Part shown: positions 32,493 to 42,511 of the stretch, one piece after another | How positions within the stretch are numbered: the stretch's first letter is position 1 | Layout: each line of letters starts with the position of its first letter | Origin: Candidatus Bathyarchaeota archaeon | GTDB lineage: Archaea > Thermoproteota > Bathyarchaeia > TCS64 | Length of the DNA: 64,000 nucleotides | Assembly: GCA_963771885.1 (NCBI GenBank) | Contig: CAVYVF010000007.1 | Location: forward strand, 32,001 to 96,000 | Reading direction: 5' to 3' | Program-made: the position numbers and the translations under genes | The notes under the pieces: generated by a model | Databases searched by the model: none | What the model saw: the letters and a program-made list of their open reading frames with translations, nothing else | What the model was told of the DNA's origin: nothing

Positions 32493-33134
32493 ATGGGCTG
32501 GCAGGATATTCAGGGCGCGACAACCGTAGGCATAATCTGCAAGGGCGGCGTGATTCTCGCCTCGGAGAAGCGCGTCACATGGGGCAACATGCTTACCAGC
32601 AGGGGGGGCATGAAGGTCTTCAAGCTCAACGACAGGATAGGTCTCGCCTTCGCCGGCCTCATGAGCGACATGCAGGCACTGACGCGGGAGGTCTCAGCCT
32701 ACGCCAAGCTCTACGAGCTTGATAATAATCACCCTATCGGCGTCAAGGCGATGGGCAAGCTCGTCAGCAACATGCTCTTCCAGCGCAGGATGTTCCCCCT
32801 CTACATGGAGACCCTCGTAGGAGGAATGGACGATGAAGGTCCCCAGCTCTTCAGCATGGACCCGGTTGGCAGCCTGATCCCTGATCCTTTCATCACTGCC
32901 GGCACCGGCGCTGCGATCGCTATGGGCGTGATCGAGGCGGAGTACAAGGAGGGCATGAGCATGAAGGAAGGCGCAGATCTCGTTCTCAAGTCGATTAAAG
33001 CCGCCGTGTCCCGCGACATCGCCAGCGGCGACGGCGTGGACATGCTCCTCATTACTAAGAGACGGTGTCGAGGAGCGCTATTTCAACCTCAGGAAGTAGC
33101 CTCGATCAGCTTTATCGATGGCAATTCGCTATAG
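32493..33134 (+). CDS. psmB: Second 20S proteasome beta subunit (Ala at the Thr1 position; C-terminus probably frameshifted)
   Basis: G/ATTVG, EKRVT, GLMSD, DPVGS, RDIASGD. Confidence 0.9.
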   Translation: MGWQDIQGATTVGIICKGGVILASEKRVTWGNMLTSRGGMKVFKLNDRIGLAFAGLMSDMQALTREVSAYAKLYELDNNHPIGVKAMGKLVSNMLFQRRMFPLYMETLVGGMDDEGPQLFSMDPVGSLIPDPFITAGTGAAIAMGVIEAEYKEGMSMKEGADLVLKSIKAAVSRDIASGDGVDMLLITKRRCRGALFQPQEVASISFIDGNSL

Positions 33135-33220
33135 CTGTGAATTTCTCCCCGTTACACGTGTTAACTGAAAATCGCGTTTTATCTCTAATAAGCCGAAGCC
33201 CTCCGCCTGGAGGCTTACAT

Positions 33221-33976
33221 TTAGGCGGTTGCGCCGCCGTCTATAACGAGTGTCGCGCCGTTCATGAAGCTTGAGTCGTCGCAGGCAAGGAATAACGCAC
33301 CTTTTGCGATCTCCTCTGGCCTCCCGAGCCTCTTGAGTGGGACATCCTGCTCGAGGCTCCTGCGCCTTAAGGCGGGGTCGGGTGACCTGTTCATGCCCTG
33401 CTCGAGCATGGGGGTGAGGGTGACTCCGGGGCATAAGCAGTTGACGCGTATGTTCCTGTCGCCGAACTCGATGGCGAGGGCACGCGTTATCTGGACTACG
33501 CCACCCTTGGCGGCGCAGTAGGCGGCGTAGTTGCGGGCACCTGTGATGCCTATCTCACTGGCGGTGTTTACGATGACGCCCCCACTCCTTTTTAGCATTT
33601 CAGGGATGACTCTTTTGCAGCCTAGGAAGACACTCTTCATATCGTTGTCAACGACAGCGTTCCAGTCCTCCTCACTCGTCTCGAGGAACGGGCGGTACAA
33701 ACCAATGCCCGCGTTATTGTAGAGGACGTCGACACCTCCGTAGGCGTCCACAGCGATCTTGACTGCCCTTTCCCAGTCACGTGCCATAGAGACGTCAGTC
33801 TTGACGAACACGGCGTCCGAGCCAATTTCGCACGCCATCTTTGCGACCTCCTCGCCTCTGTCGCTTCTCGAAATTAGCGTGAGCCTTGCGCCCTCGCCTG
33901 CGAATAGGAGCGCTGCGGCCTTGCCTATTCCCGATGATGCCCCTGTGATAATGACTGACTTTCCCTCTAGCTTCAT
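33221..33976 (-). CDS. Short-chain dehydrogenase/reductase
   Basis: TGASSGIG, NNAG, YCAAK, IDGG. Confidence 0.95.
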   Translation of the reverse strand: MKLEGKSVIITGASSGIGKAAALLFAGEGARLTLISRSDRGEEVAKMACEIGSDAVFVKTDVSMARDWERAVKIAVDAYGGVDVLYNNAGIGLYRPFLETSEEDWNAVVDNDMKSVFLGCKRVIPEMLKRSGGVIVNTASEIGITGARNYAAYCAAKGGVVQITRALAIEFGDRNIRVNCLCPGVTLTPMLEQGMNRSPDPALRRRSLEQDVPLKRLGRPEEIAKGALFLACDDSSFMNGATLVIDGGATA

Positions 33977-34112
33977 GGGTGATACGCCGCGGCAAGGCGC
34001 TTATCTCGTTTACCCCAGTGGGAAAGGATTTAGTGGGTATAGCACGCGACTGCTCTTCCGTTTCCACGTTGAAAAAGGCTTTTAACCTCGCTAGGAGTCT
34101 CAAGGGCGTTAG

Positions 34113-34187
34113 GGGCGCGTAGATTAGTAGTAGATTGCCTGCCTCGCACGCAGGAGGTCAGGGGTTCAATTCCCCTCGCGTCCACCA
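34113..34187 (+). tRNA. tRNA-Ala (anticodon CGC), CCA encoded
   Basis: GGGCGCG/CGCGTCC acceptor stem with G3:U70, CCTGC-CTCGCAC-GCAGG arm, GGTTCAATTCC. Confidence 0.92.
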
Positions 34188-34194
34188 CAACATT

Positions 34195-34469
34195 CTAGAG
34201 CTTGAATTCCGGGCTCTTCCTGTAGATTTCGAGGTACATCTCCCTGAAGGAGTCGAGGAAGACCCCCGCCTTCTCCGTGGTTTTATAGAGGTTGCTGCCC
34301 TCCTCCTCGTACCTCTTGAGGAACCCCCTCTTGAGCAGGAAGTCCATGTGCTCCTGCGCAATGTCGCTATTGAGGCTGCACCTGTGAACTATGCTTGTGA
34401 AGGTCCTCGGGCTGCGGCAGTAGGTGAGTACCTCCCAGTAGATTCGTAGAGGGTCCTCTTTCCGGTCAT
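34195..34469 (-). CDS. Winged-helix transcriptional regulator (frameshift near 34445)
   Basis: Manual join: MTGKRTLYEIYWEVLTYC..FTSIVHRCSLN..HMDFLLKRGFL..YKTTEKA. Confidence 0.7.
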
Positions 34470-35093
34470 CTATGAGCCCTCTAGTAGCTTCCCTAGCCTC
34501 TCCTCAGCTTCACCTGAGCCCTCGACGCGGCTGTCCCATGTCGCCGTGAACCTCGTGATGAAGGTGGGTATCATCAGACCTAACACGCCGAAGGCCAGGC
34601 AGAGCGCAAGCCCCGCCACCGATAGCAGGATGTTTGCCTGCGTGGTAGATCCAAGAGTCCCTACTAAGTTGACGGCCTGCAGTGCCGCTGAGGCTAGGAA
34701 GAACATCCCCGTGACCCTGCTCCCGAGCTTGAGCTGACCGATATTCTCCTGCTTGTCCCTATACCACGCGATGCTCCTGACGATGAGCCTCGTCAGGGCG
34801 TCTCCACTCGCCTTTACGTTACTCACCTCGTCCTTGAGTTCGTCGAACCCGTCGAATACCTCGGCGCTCTTGACGAGCCAGCTTATCGCGAAGGCGCATC
34901 CGGCAAGGGCCAGCCCCGCGATCCCCAGATTAAGGATCTCTATAGGTTGCCCTGCGAAGATCGGCTGCACGTTGCCGACGCCCCACGCTACACCGAAGGC
35001 CATGCCTAGCCCTGCGCCGACTATGTTGAGGATTATGAGGGCGAAAAAACTCCTCATCTCCCTATTGAACCTCTCGAATGTATCGTTCTCCAT
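34470..35093 (-). CDS. Hypothetical membrane protein (about 4 TM)
   Basis: Hydrophobic segments; abuts the wHTH gene. Confidence 0.7.
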   Translation of the reverse strand: MENDTFERFNREMRSFFALIILNIVGAGLGMAFGVAWGVGNVQPIFAGQPIEILNLGIAGLALAGCAFAISWLVKSAEVFDGFDELKDEVSNVKASGDALTRLIVRSIAWYRDKQENIGQLKLGSRVTGMFFLASAALQAVNLVGTLGSTTQANILLSVAGLALCLAFGVLGLMIPTFITRFTATWDSRVEGSGEAEERLGKLLEGS

Positions 35094-35398
35094 TCTATTC
35101 TACCTCCAAATACACGAGACGAGTATAAATAATATAAGGCGGTATGAAAGAATGTTACATGCTTGAGTTATGTAGTGAATGCTATTATTCAACTAATTAA
35201 TTCACTATGATAAAATGAAGTTGGGTGCCTATATTTAGAGCCAATTATATTGACATTTACTATCCATACAATCTTTATCGAGAAAATAAACGTTTAAATA
35301 TCCTGCAATCCCCCTCAGACGAAATTAAAGGATTAACAGTTGGGATACATCCACGGGGAAAAACATTCTGCGGAGTTTTGTGGGTGGAATAACAGCAT

Positions 35399-37346
35399 TT
35401 GATTGAGTCACTCTACCAGATCGGCCTGCTCCTCCTGATCCTGAGCATCTTCTACCCCTTCGCTGTATTCATTAAGCGGAGCAGTGCCCCGCGGGCTCTC
35501 TCTAACACGTCCCTGATACTCTCCTCCCTACTGCTCACCGTGGCGTCCGTCCTACTCCTGCTCGACGGAAATGAGGTGGCTATCTTCAGCCACGTCTTCG
35601 CCCCGAGCCTCACCCTCTCCTTATCCGTCGACCGCCTCTCCGCATTCTTCGTTCTCGTGGTCTCCATCGTCTCCCTGAGCGTCGGGATATTCACGCCCGG
35701 TTACTTCCACCACGTCGAGTCCGAGGTACGCCGCAGCGTGGTCACATCCACAACAAGCATCTTCGTCGCCTCGATGCTCCTACTAGTCGTATCGCGTGAC
35801 ACTTTCTCGTTCCTCCTTTTCTGGGAGGCGATGAGCCTCTCCTCCTTCATGCTCGTCATGACGAGCTATGAGGCGAGGGAGGCGGGGAAGGCGGGGCTGT
35901 TCTACTTCGCGATGACGCAGCTGAGCACAATGTGCCTGATGGCGGGTTTCCTCGCCCTCTACGCGTTGACGGGTTCCTATTCGATCCCCTTCGCAGGCGT
36001 GATTGACCCGACTGTCCTCAGCATAATATTCGTAGTGCTCTTCATTGGCTTAGGCATCAAAGCGGGCGTCGTGCCGTTTCACAAGTGGCTTCCCTATGCC
36101 CACCCGGCGAGCCCCTCGAACGTCTCCGCTCTCATGTCAGGCGTCATGATAAAGGTCGCGATCTACGGCCTGATACGCTTCGTCTCCGGCGTCGCGTTCC
36201 CGCCGACATGGTGGGGTGGGCTCATTCTAGTCGCCGGCACCGTCTCCGCCGTCCTCGGCGTCGTCTACGCGATGAAGGAGCACGACGTCAAGCGCCTCCT
36301 CGCTTACCACAGTATCGAGAACGTCGGCATAATACTCGTCGCCTACGGGTTGAGCGTCAGTCTTCTCCAGCTACGGGCTCGCCGACCTAGCGAATCTCTG
36401 CCTCGTTGCCTCACTCTTCCACACCCTCAACCACGCCCTCTTCAAGAGCCTCCTCTTCATGACTGCGGGCTCGGTCATCAACGCGACTGGGCTGCGGAAC
36501 GTGGAGGAGCTTGGGGGGCTGATCAAGAGGATGCCCTACACGGCTGTTCTCTTCCTGATTGGGGCGGTCGCCATCTCGGGTCTGCCTCCCTTCAACGGCT
36601 TCGTGAGTGAGCTGATGATCTTCCAGGCGTTCTTCGCGGGGTGGCGCGTCGGAGGACCACTTGAGTCGGCGGTTATGCTTGCTTGCCTCGCCGTCTTTGC
36701 TCTAACGAGCGCCCTCGCCGCCGCTTGTTTCGTCAAGCTCTTCGGGACCATGTTTCTAGCAGCGCCGCGGAGCGAGGAGGCGGGTGAGGCACACGAGGTC
36801 AGGGGAGGGATGTTAGCCGGCCCCGCGATCCCGGCGGTGCTCTGCGTACTACTCGGGGTCTTCTCCTACCAGTTCCTCGCCCCCCTGGGGCTGGGCGCCT
36901 ACGTGCCAAACATGGCGGTCTTCGGGGTCGCCCTCCTCGTCTCTGGGGCCGCGGTCTTCGCCATCATCCGACTGTTCTCCAGCCGCGAGACACGCGTCTC
37001 TGAGACCTGGGGCTGCGGCATACATGAGCAGGACAGCCGCATGGAGTACACGCCTTCCGGCTTCTCCGAGCCCATCATGATAATCTTCAGGCAGATTTAC
37101 CGGACGCAGGAGCGCCTCGACCTCACCTACTATGACAGGAACCGCGTCATCCTACGCGGGGGTCTCGCCGAGGTGCGCCTCGTCAAGCTCTTTGAGGACC
37201 GGCTCTACCTCCCCGCGGCGAACGCGGCGCTCCGCGTCTCCGAGGCCTTTAACAGGGCGCAGGAGGAGCCACTCAGCGACTCCTACTTTCTCTACATCTT
37301 CGCGGCATGCCTCGCGCTTCTCATCGCCGGGGGGCTACTGCTATGA
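35399..37346 (+). CDS. hyfB: Ehr/Hyf antiporter-like subunit (HyfB/NuoL-like), frameshift near 36360
   Basis: FWEAMS, GIKAGVVPFHKWLPYAHP, LAYHSIENVG, GLPPFNGF, TWGCG. Confidence 0.85.
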
Positions 37347-38284
37347 TAGAGCAACTAACCTACGTCGCCCTGAACACGCTCGTCTTCTTACTCGTCTCGC
37401 CGCTGTTCGTCAGCCTCGTGAAGAAGGTGAAGGCGTGGTGTCAGGGGAGGCGGGGGCCGCCGCTCCTACAGGGCTATTACAACGTCGCGAAGCTATTGCG
37501 TAAGGAGGTAGTCTACTCCTCGACATCCTCGTGGGTTATGCGGTTCACCCCTTATCTGAGCATGTCCGTCCTTGCTGTCGCGTCTCTGGCGGTGCCGCTC
37601 GTGCTCGTGCCCGGCGACCTCTGGGGCCTAGGCAACGTGATACTGCTCATCTACGCGCTGGCGCTCGCCAAGTTCTTCATGGCGCTCTCTGGCCTCGACG
37701 CGGGCAGCACCTTCGGCGGCATGGGAGCGAGCCGCGAGATGAGCCTCTCGGCCGTCTTCGAGCCCGTCGTCATAATGGTCTTCGCTGCCCTCAGTTACCT
37801 GCTCCACACTTCAGACGTGCCGCAGATGCTCGGCCTCGGGATCGGGGCACCTCTAATACTGATCCACCCGACGCTCATTCTGCTCCTAATCAGCCTTTTC
37901 ATAATTCTAATAGTCGAGACGGCGCGGGTGCCTGTGGACAATCCGGAGACCCACCTCGAGTTGACGATGATTCACGAGGCTATGATACTGGAGCAGTCGG
38001 GGCGCAACCTCGCACTGATGGAGTACAGCTACGCGCTGAAGAACACCCTCTTCATCGCCCTGCTAGTAAACCTCGCGTTTCCCTGGGGGCTGACGACTGA
38101 GCTGAGCCTCGTGCCCATCTGCGTAGGCGTCGCCTTATTCCTAGCTAAGGGCGTCTTGGCTTCCCTACTCATCGGGCTCGTCGAGTCGAGCCTCGCCAAG
38201 TACCGCCTCTTCAGGATGCCGAGCATGTTCACGGTGGTCCTGTTCTTCTCTTTCCTCACGATAATCCTGGAGGTGTTCAGTTAA
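37343..38284 (+). CDS. hyfC: Ehr/Hyf membrane subunit (HyfC/NuoH-like)
   Basis: QGRRGPP, GGMGASRE, ETARVPVDNPETHLELTMIHEAM. Confidence 0.9.
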   Translation: MIEQLTYVALNTLVFLLVSPLFVSLVKKVKAWCQGRRGPPLLQGYYNVAKLLRKEVVYSSTSSWVMRFTPYLSMSVLAVASLAVPLVLVPGDLWGLGNVILLIYALALAKFFMALSGLDAGSTFGGMGASREMSLSAVFEPVVIMVFAALSYLLHTSDVPQMLGLGIGAPLILIHPTLILLLISLFIILIVETARVPVDNPETHLELTMIHEAMILEQSGRNLALMEYSYALKNTLFIALLVNLAFPWGLTTELSLVPICVGVALFLAKGVLASLLIGLVESSLAKYRLFRMPSMFTVVLFFSFLTIILEVFS

Positions 38285-38967
38285 TGGACGCCACCTTCTA
38301 CGCCGAGGTGTTACGGGTGCTGCTGGTCCTCGTCGTCGTTACGGCGGCTGCTATAGTTGTCATGAGGGATATCCCCTTCCTCTTCGCGAGCTATGCCTTC
38401 CAGTCGCTGCTTCTCGCCCTTGTCGCCTTCGCCCTCTACGCGGAGACAGGTGAGCTCTCCCTCATCGGCGTGGGTGTGGCGACGATCGTGGGGAAGGTGC
38501 TGATAATCCCCCGCTTCATGGGCAAGATACAGGGCGACATGCGTGTGCGCCGCGACATAGAGTTCCGCATCTTAAGCCCAACGACGAGCGTGTTACTCTC
38601 CGTAGCCGTGCTCTTCATCGTCCACTACTCCTTCCAGCGCTTCGCCGCCGTGCTGGAGCTCGACACCGTCCACTACCTCGGCACAATCTTCGGGCTCCTC
38701 CTCGTCTTCATGGGGCTGCTAGTCATGTTCAGCAGGAGGAGGCCGATCACGAAGATAGTAGGCTACCTCACGATGGAGAACGGGGTTCTCCTCTTCAGCC
38801 TATTCTTCGCGGCGCTGCCCCTCGTCTTCGAGGTTATAGTGACCGTCGACCTGATCGTCGTCGTCCTGCTGGCGACTTTACTCGCCTTCGGGGAGTCCTC
38901 GGACGTTGACACCTTCCAGAGGCGTCTAGTTCCGTTCAAAACGTGGATACTGGAGGGGGACGAATGA
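38284..38967 (+). CDS. hyfE: Ehr/Hyf membrane subunit (HyfE/NuoK-like)
   Basis: Hydrophobic, GYLTMENG motif, operon position. Confidence 0.85.
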   Translation: MDATFYAEVLRVLLVLVVVTAAAIVVMRDIPFLFASYAFQSLLLALVAFALYAETGELSLIGVGVATIVGKVLIIPRFMGKIQGDMRVRRDIEFRILSPTTSVLLSVAVLFIVHYSFQRFAAVLELDTVHYLGTIFGLLLVFMGLLVMFSRRRPITKIVGYLTMENGVLLFSLFFAALPLVFEVIVTVDLIVVVLLATLLAFGESSDVDTFQRRLVPFKTWILEGDE

Positions 38968-40400
38968 TAGAGTTTTACGTTCTCCTCTGCATGGCGGCGC
39001 TCGCAATCGTGGTTGCCTCGAAGAGCAGGGTGCAGATGAACTCGGTGACCGTGGTCTACGCCTTCGTCTGTCTCGCTCTCACCGTATACGGGCTCACAGT
39101 TCCCTTGCCCATCTACTACTTCGCCGACCACCTGTTCGCCTTGACGAACCTCGGGCTCTACTTGGTCGCCGGCGCCTCGGCGGTCTTCCTCCTCGCCGCC
39201 GTCTACAGCTACGGCTACGTCCAGGACCTGCTAGACGTGGAGGCGATGAAGAGGGAGAACCTTCGCCTCTTCTATATCTCTTTCAACCTGCTGCTGCTCT
39301 CCGTAGTACTCGCGTTCCTCTCGAACAGCGTTGCCCTCTTCTGGGTCTTCACGGAGCTGACGACGCTCTTCTCCTGCGTGCTGGTTGTGTCGGTTAGAGA
39401 CAGGGGCGCGATACACGCTGCGCTAAACTACGTCTTCGTCGCCTCGGCGGCGATGATTTTCAGCTTTATGGGGATACTTATGGCTTATGCTCTCACGACT
39501 GGTGGCACCGTCGCCCTCAACTGGGACAGCCTCGCCGCCGGTGCGTCCTCATTCAACGCCCATCTACTCGGGCTAGCGGCGGTCTTCATGTTCGTGGGCT
39601 TCGCCGCCAAGGCGGCCGTCGCGCCGTTCCACACGGGGCTCGCCCCCGTCTACGGGAGGGGTCCCGTCATATTCAGCGTGTTGTCGGGCTCGCTGCTGAC
39701 AGTCGGGGTGTACGGACTCATCCGAGTCAACTCGATTGTCTCCGGGACAGCCGCAGGCTCCGCCTTCTCGATGCTCCTCATAGGCTTCGGCGTGTTCACC
39801 ATCGCGGTGGCGGGCTTCACGATGCTCGCCCAGAGGAGGCTTCGCAGGCTCTTCGCCTTCTCAAGTGTAGAGAATATGGGTGTGGCGCTGATCGCAGTCG
39901 GCGTTGGGACGCCTGTGACGCTCCTCTGGGTGCTCTATCACCTCGTGGCGCACGGGTTCGCCAAGTCGCTGATCTTCTTCAGTCACGGCATTCTTCGCGT
40001 CCAGTACCGGAGCGTGGATGATGGGAAGGTGGTCAACCTGATCAGGCTTCAGCCGCTGGCGCTTGCTGGGCTCGTGGTGGGGAGCGCAGCTGTGATAGGG
40101 GCACCCCTCCTCCCCCTCTTCCTATCGAAGTTTTTCATACTATCAGAGCTAGCGAAGCTATCCCCTATCTTGCTGGGGCTAACGCTGCTCCTGCTCGCTA
40201 TAGTAGCGATCGCCGTGGGATATTCATTGATACACGTTGTGACACGTGTTGAGGAGGGTGGGCCGAAGCCCGTCTCGGTCACCCCTTCGATGTGGGCGCC
40301 GATCGCGGTGTTGATCCTTGTATTATTCGTTCTCGGCTTGGCAATGCCGGAGGGACTACATGCAGTCCTCGCCGGTGCCCTAGCCGAACTGGGGGTCTGA
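38964..40400 (+). CDS. hyfF: Ehr/Hyf antiporter-like subunit (HyfF-like)
   Basis: WVFTELTT, GFAAKA..PFH, AFSSVENMG, HGFAKSL. Confidence 0.85.
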   Translation: MIEFYVLLCMAALAIVVASKSRVQMNSVTVVYAFVCLALTVYGLTVPLPIYYFADHLFALTNLGLYLVAGASAVFLLAAVYSYGYVQDLLDVEAMKRENLRLFYISFNLLLLSVVLAFLSNSVALFWVFTELTTLFSCVLVVSVRDRGAIHAALNYVFVASAAMIFSFMGILMAYALTTGGTVALNWDSLAAGASSFNAHLLGLAAVFMFVGFAAKAAVAPFHTGLAPVYGRGPVIFSVLSGSLLTVGVYGLIRVNSIVSGTAAGSAFSMLLIGFGVFTIAVAGFTMLAQRRLRRLFAFSSVENMGVALIAVGVGTPVTLLWVLYHLVAHGFAKSLIFFSHGILRVQYRSVDDGKVVNLIRLQPLALAGLVVGSAAVIGAPLLPLFLSKFFILSELAKLSPILLGLTLLLLAIVAIAVGYSLIHVVTRVEEGGPKPVSVTPSMWAPIAVLILVLFVLGLAMPEGLHAVLAGALAELGV

Positions 40401-40404
40401 TGAA

Positions 40405-41952
40405 ATGACTACGATTCGCGAGTTAGCGCTAGGGCTCTTCGAGGGCATAGTGATGCACGAGGCGCATAACGAGTGCTACTTCTCAGTCGATGAGCCACAC
40501 TTCCACGATGCTATCAACGCACTATCAGGCGCCGGCTTCGGTCTCATGGGGCTCTTCTGCGTCGAGGGCTTCGAGGGCGAGGCGCTTAGCATCCTCTACG
40601 CCTTTGAGAAGAAGGACGCGGAGGGCATCCTCTTCATAGTCAGGGGCGTCGTGGGCGGCGTCGCCTCGATTGCCGACATCTACCCATCCGCCTCTTGGTA
40701 CGAGCGCGAGGCTGCCGACGGCTTCGGTATCCGCTTCGCCGACGCCTTCGACAGGCGCCGCCTTTTCCTGCACGAGGTCTACCCCGAGGGCTTCCACCCG
40801 CTCCAGAAGCTGTTCGTGAACGGCCCCATGAAGCTGGGCGGCGCGAGGGCTGAGGAGTACCGCTTCAAGCGCGTCTCCGGTGAAGGCGTCTACCAGATAC
40901 CCGTCGGCCCCGTCCACGCAGGCGTTATCGAGCCCGGCCACTTCCGCTTCAGCGTTATCGGCGAGTCCGTTTTCAGCCTCGAGCTCAGGATGTTCTGGAA
41001 GCATAGGGGCGTCGAGAAGCTCTCCGAGGGGCGCATGCCCGCCGACTGCGTTAGGATCGCCGAGTCGATAAGCGGTGACGAGTCCGCGTCGAACGCACTC
41101 GCCTACTGCATGGCGGTCGAGCGTATATCAGGAGCATCCGTCCCCGAGAGGGGGTGGGCCCTAAGGACGGTCTACGCGGAGCTAGAGCGCATCTACGCCC
41201 TTCTCGGCGATCTCGCCGGGATGGTTGTTGACGTAGCCTATCCTGTGGGCGCTAGCCCATTCTTCATCCTCAGGGAGGAGATTCTCAGGTGGAACGCCTC
41301 CCTGACCGGTTCACGCTTTCTTAAGAAGGCGGTGCGCCTCGGTGGTGCCGTCGACCCGGGGGATGAGAAGCTCGGCGAGCTAGTATTATATCTCGAGCGG
41401 TTTACGACACGCTTCTCGGAGACATGGAGGCACGTTGTAAACAACCCGAACGTTGTGGACAGGTTTGAGACGACGGGCGTGCTGAAGACGGAGCTCGTGT
41501 CTCTGCTGCACGTCACGGGGCCCGTAGCTCGGGCGTCTGGTGTCGCAGTCGATACGCGCGTTGATCATCCCTATGGTGTCTACCCGGAGGTCTTCAAGGA
41601 GATTGGACCGCAGAGCGGCGGCGACGTCATGGCGAGGTTCCAGCAGAAGTCGGGGGAGGTGCTGGCCTCGGCTACGATAATCAAAGGGATCGTGGAGAAG
41701 ATGCCACAAGGCGCGGCAAGGGTTGATGTGCCTGTCAGGGACGGCTTCGCCTGCGGGCTCGTCGAGTCGCCTCGCGGCCAGAACCTCCACTGGGTCCACA
41801 TACGCGGCGGGCGGGTGAGCCGGTATAAGGTGAGGACTGCCTCCTACTGCAACTGGCAGGCTATGGAGCATGCCGTCCCCGGTAACATCGTCCCCGATTT
41901 CCCGCTCGTCAACAAGAGCTTCAACCTCTCCTACGCGGGGACGGACCTCTAG
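40405..41952 (+). CDS. Ehr large subunit (fused NuoC/D-like, HyfG-like) without NiFe-binding Cys
   Basis: WYERE, VGPVHAGVIEPGHFRF, KHRGVEK; AESISGDE in place of RxCGxC and NKSFNLSY in place of DPCxxC. Confidence 0.9.
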   Translation: MTTIRELALGLFEGIVMHEAHNECYFSVDEPHFHDAINALSGAGFGLMGLFCVEGFEGEALSILYAFEKKDAEGILFIVRGVVGGVASIADIYPSASWYEREAADGFGIRFADAFDRRRLFLHEVYPEGFHPLQKLFVNGPMKLGGARAEEYRFKRVSGEGVYQIPVGPVHAGVIEPGHFRFSVIGESVFSLELRMFWKHRGVEKLSEGRMPADCVRIAESISGDESASNALAYCMAVERISGASVPERGWALRTVYAELERIYALLGDLAGMVVDVAYPVGASPFFILREEILRWNASLTGSRFLKKAVRLGGAVDPGDEKLGELVLYLERFTTRFSETWRHVVNNPNVVDRFETTGVLKTELVSLLHVTGPVARASGVAVDTRVDHPYGVYPEVFKEIGPQSGGDVMARFQQKSGEVLASATIIKGIVEKMPQGAARVDVPVRDGFACGLVESPRGQNLHWVHIRGGRVSRYKVRTASYCNWQAMEHAVPGNIVPDFPLVNKSFNLSYAGTDL

Positions 41953-41960
41953 GTGATTTC

Positions 41961-42483
41961 ATGGAGACTGTAAAGAGACTCATTGGGCGGAAGGCGACGG
42001 AGGATTTCGTGCTACGCGATGAGGAGTTTGAGGCTGCTCGGCGCACAGCTCAAGCGTCAAATAGACGCCGTCTTCGGGCGAAGCATCGCGATACGCGAGG
42101 TCGACACTGGCAGCGACAACTCACCCGAGATTGAGTTGAACAACCTCGCCACCCCCTACTATGATATAGAGCGCTTCGGTGTGAGCTTCGTCGCATCGCC
42201 CCGCCACGCGGATGTCCTCGCTGTAACCGGCCCAGTCACCCACAACATGGTGGAAGCGCTTCTGAAGACATACGAGGCGACGCCCAGTCCCAAATTCGTC
42301 GTCGCTGTGGGGGATGACGCTTGCGGCACAGGCGTGTTCAGCGAGTCTTATGCGGTTATCGGCTCCGTTGAGAAGGTGATACCCGTCGATCTGAAGATAC
42401 CTGGCGACCCACCGACGCCTACAGAGATAATGAAGGGATTGCTCGCCCTCATGAGGGTGGCGCGTGAAAGACGCGGGGCATAA
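41961..42483 (+). CDS. Ehr small subunit (NuoB/HyfI-like) with Fe-S ligands replaced; frameshift near 42025
   Basis: ATG after AGGTGA RBS; YDIERFG, SPRHADVL; GSDNSPE, GDDAC and PGDPP at the usual Cys positions. Confidence 0.9.
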
Positions 42484-42511
42484 CTGACCACCTTCAGCTG
42501 ATTGGAACCTA

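Noticed and set aside
35399..42483. Annotation as a functional [NiFe] hydrogenase-4 / formate hydrogenlyase
   Set aside because: The large subunit lacks both CxxC Ni-binding motifs, and no maturation genes are nearby.
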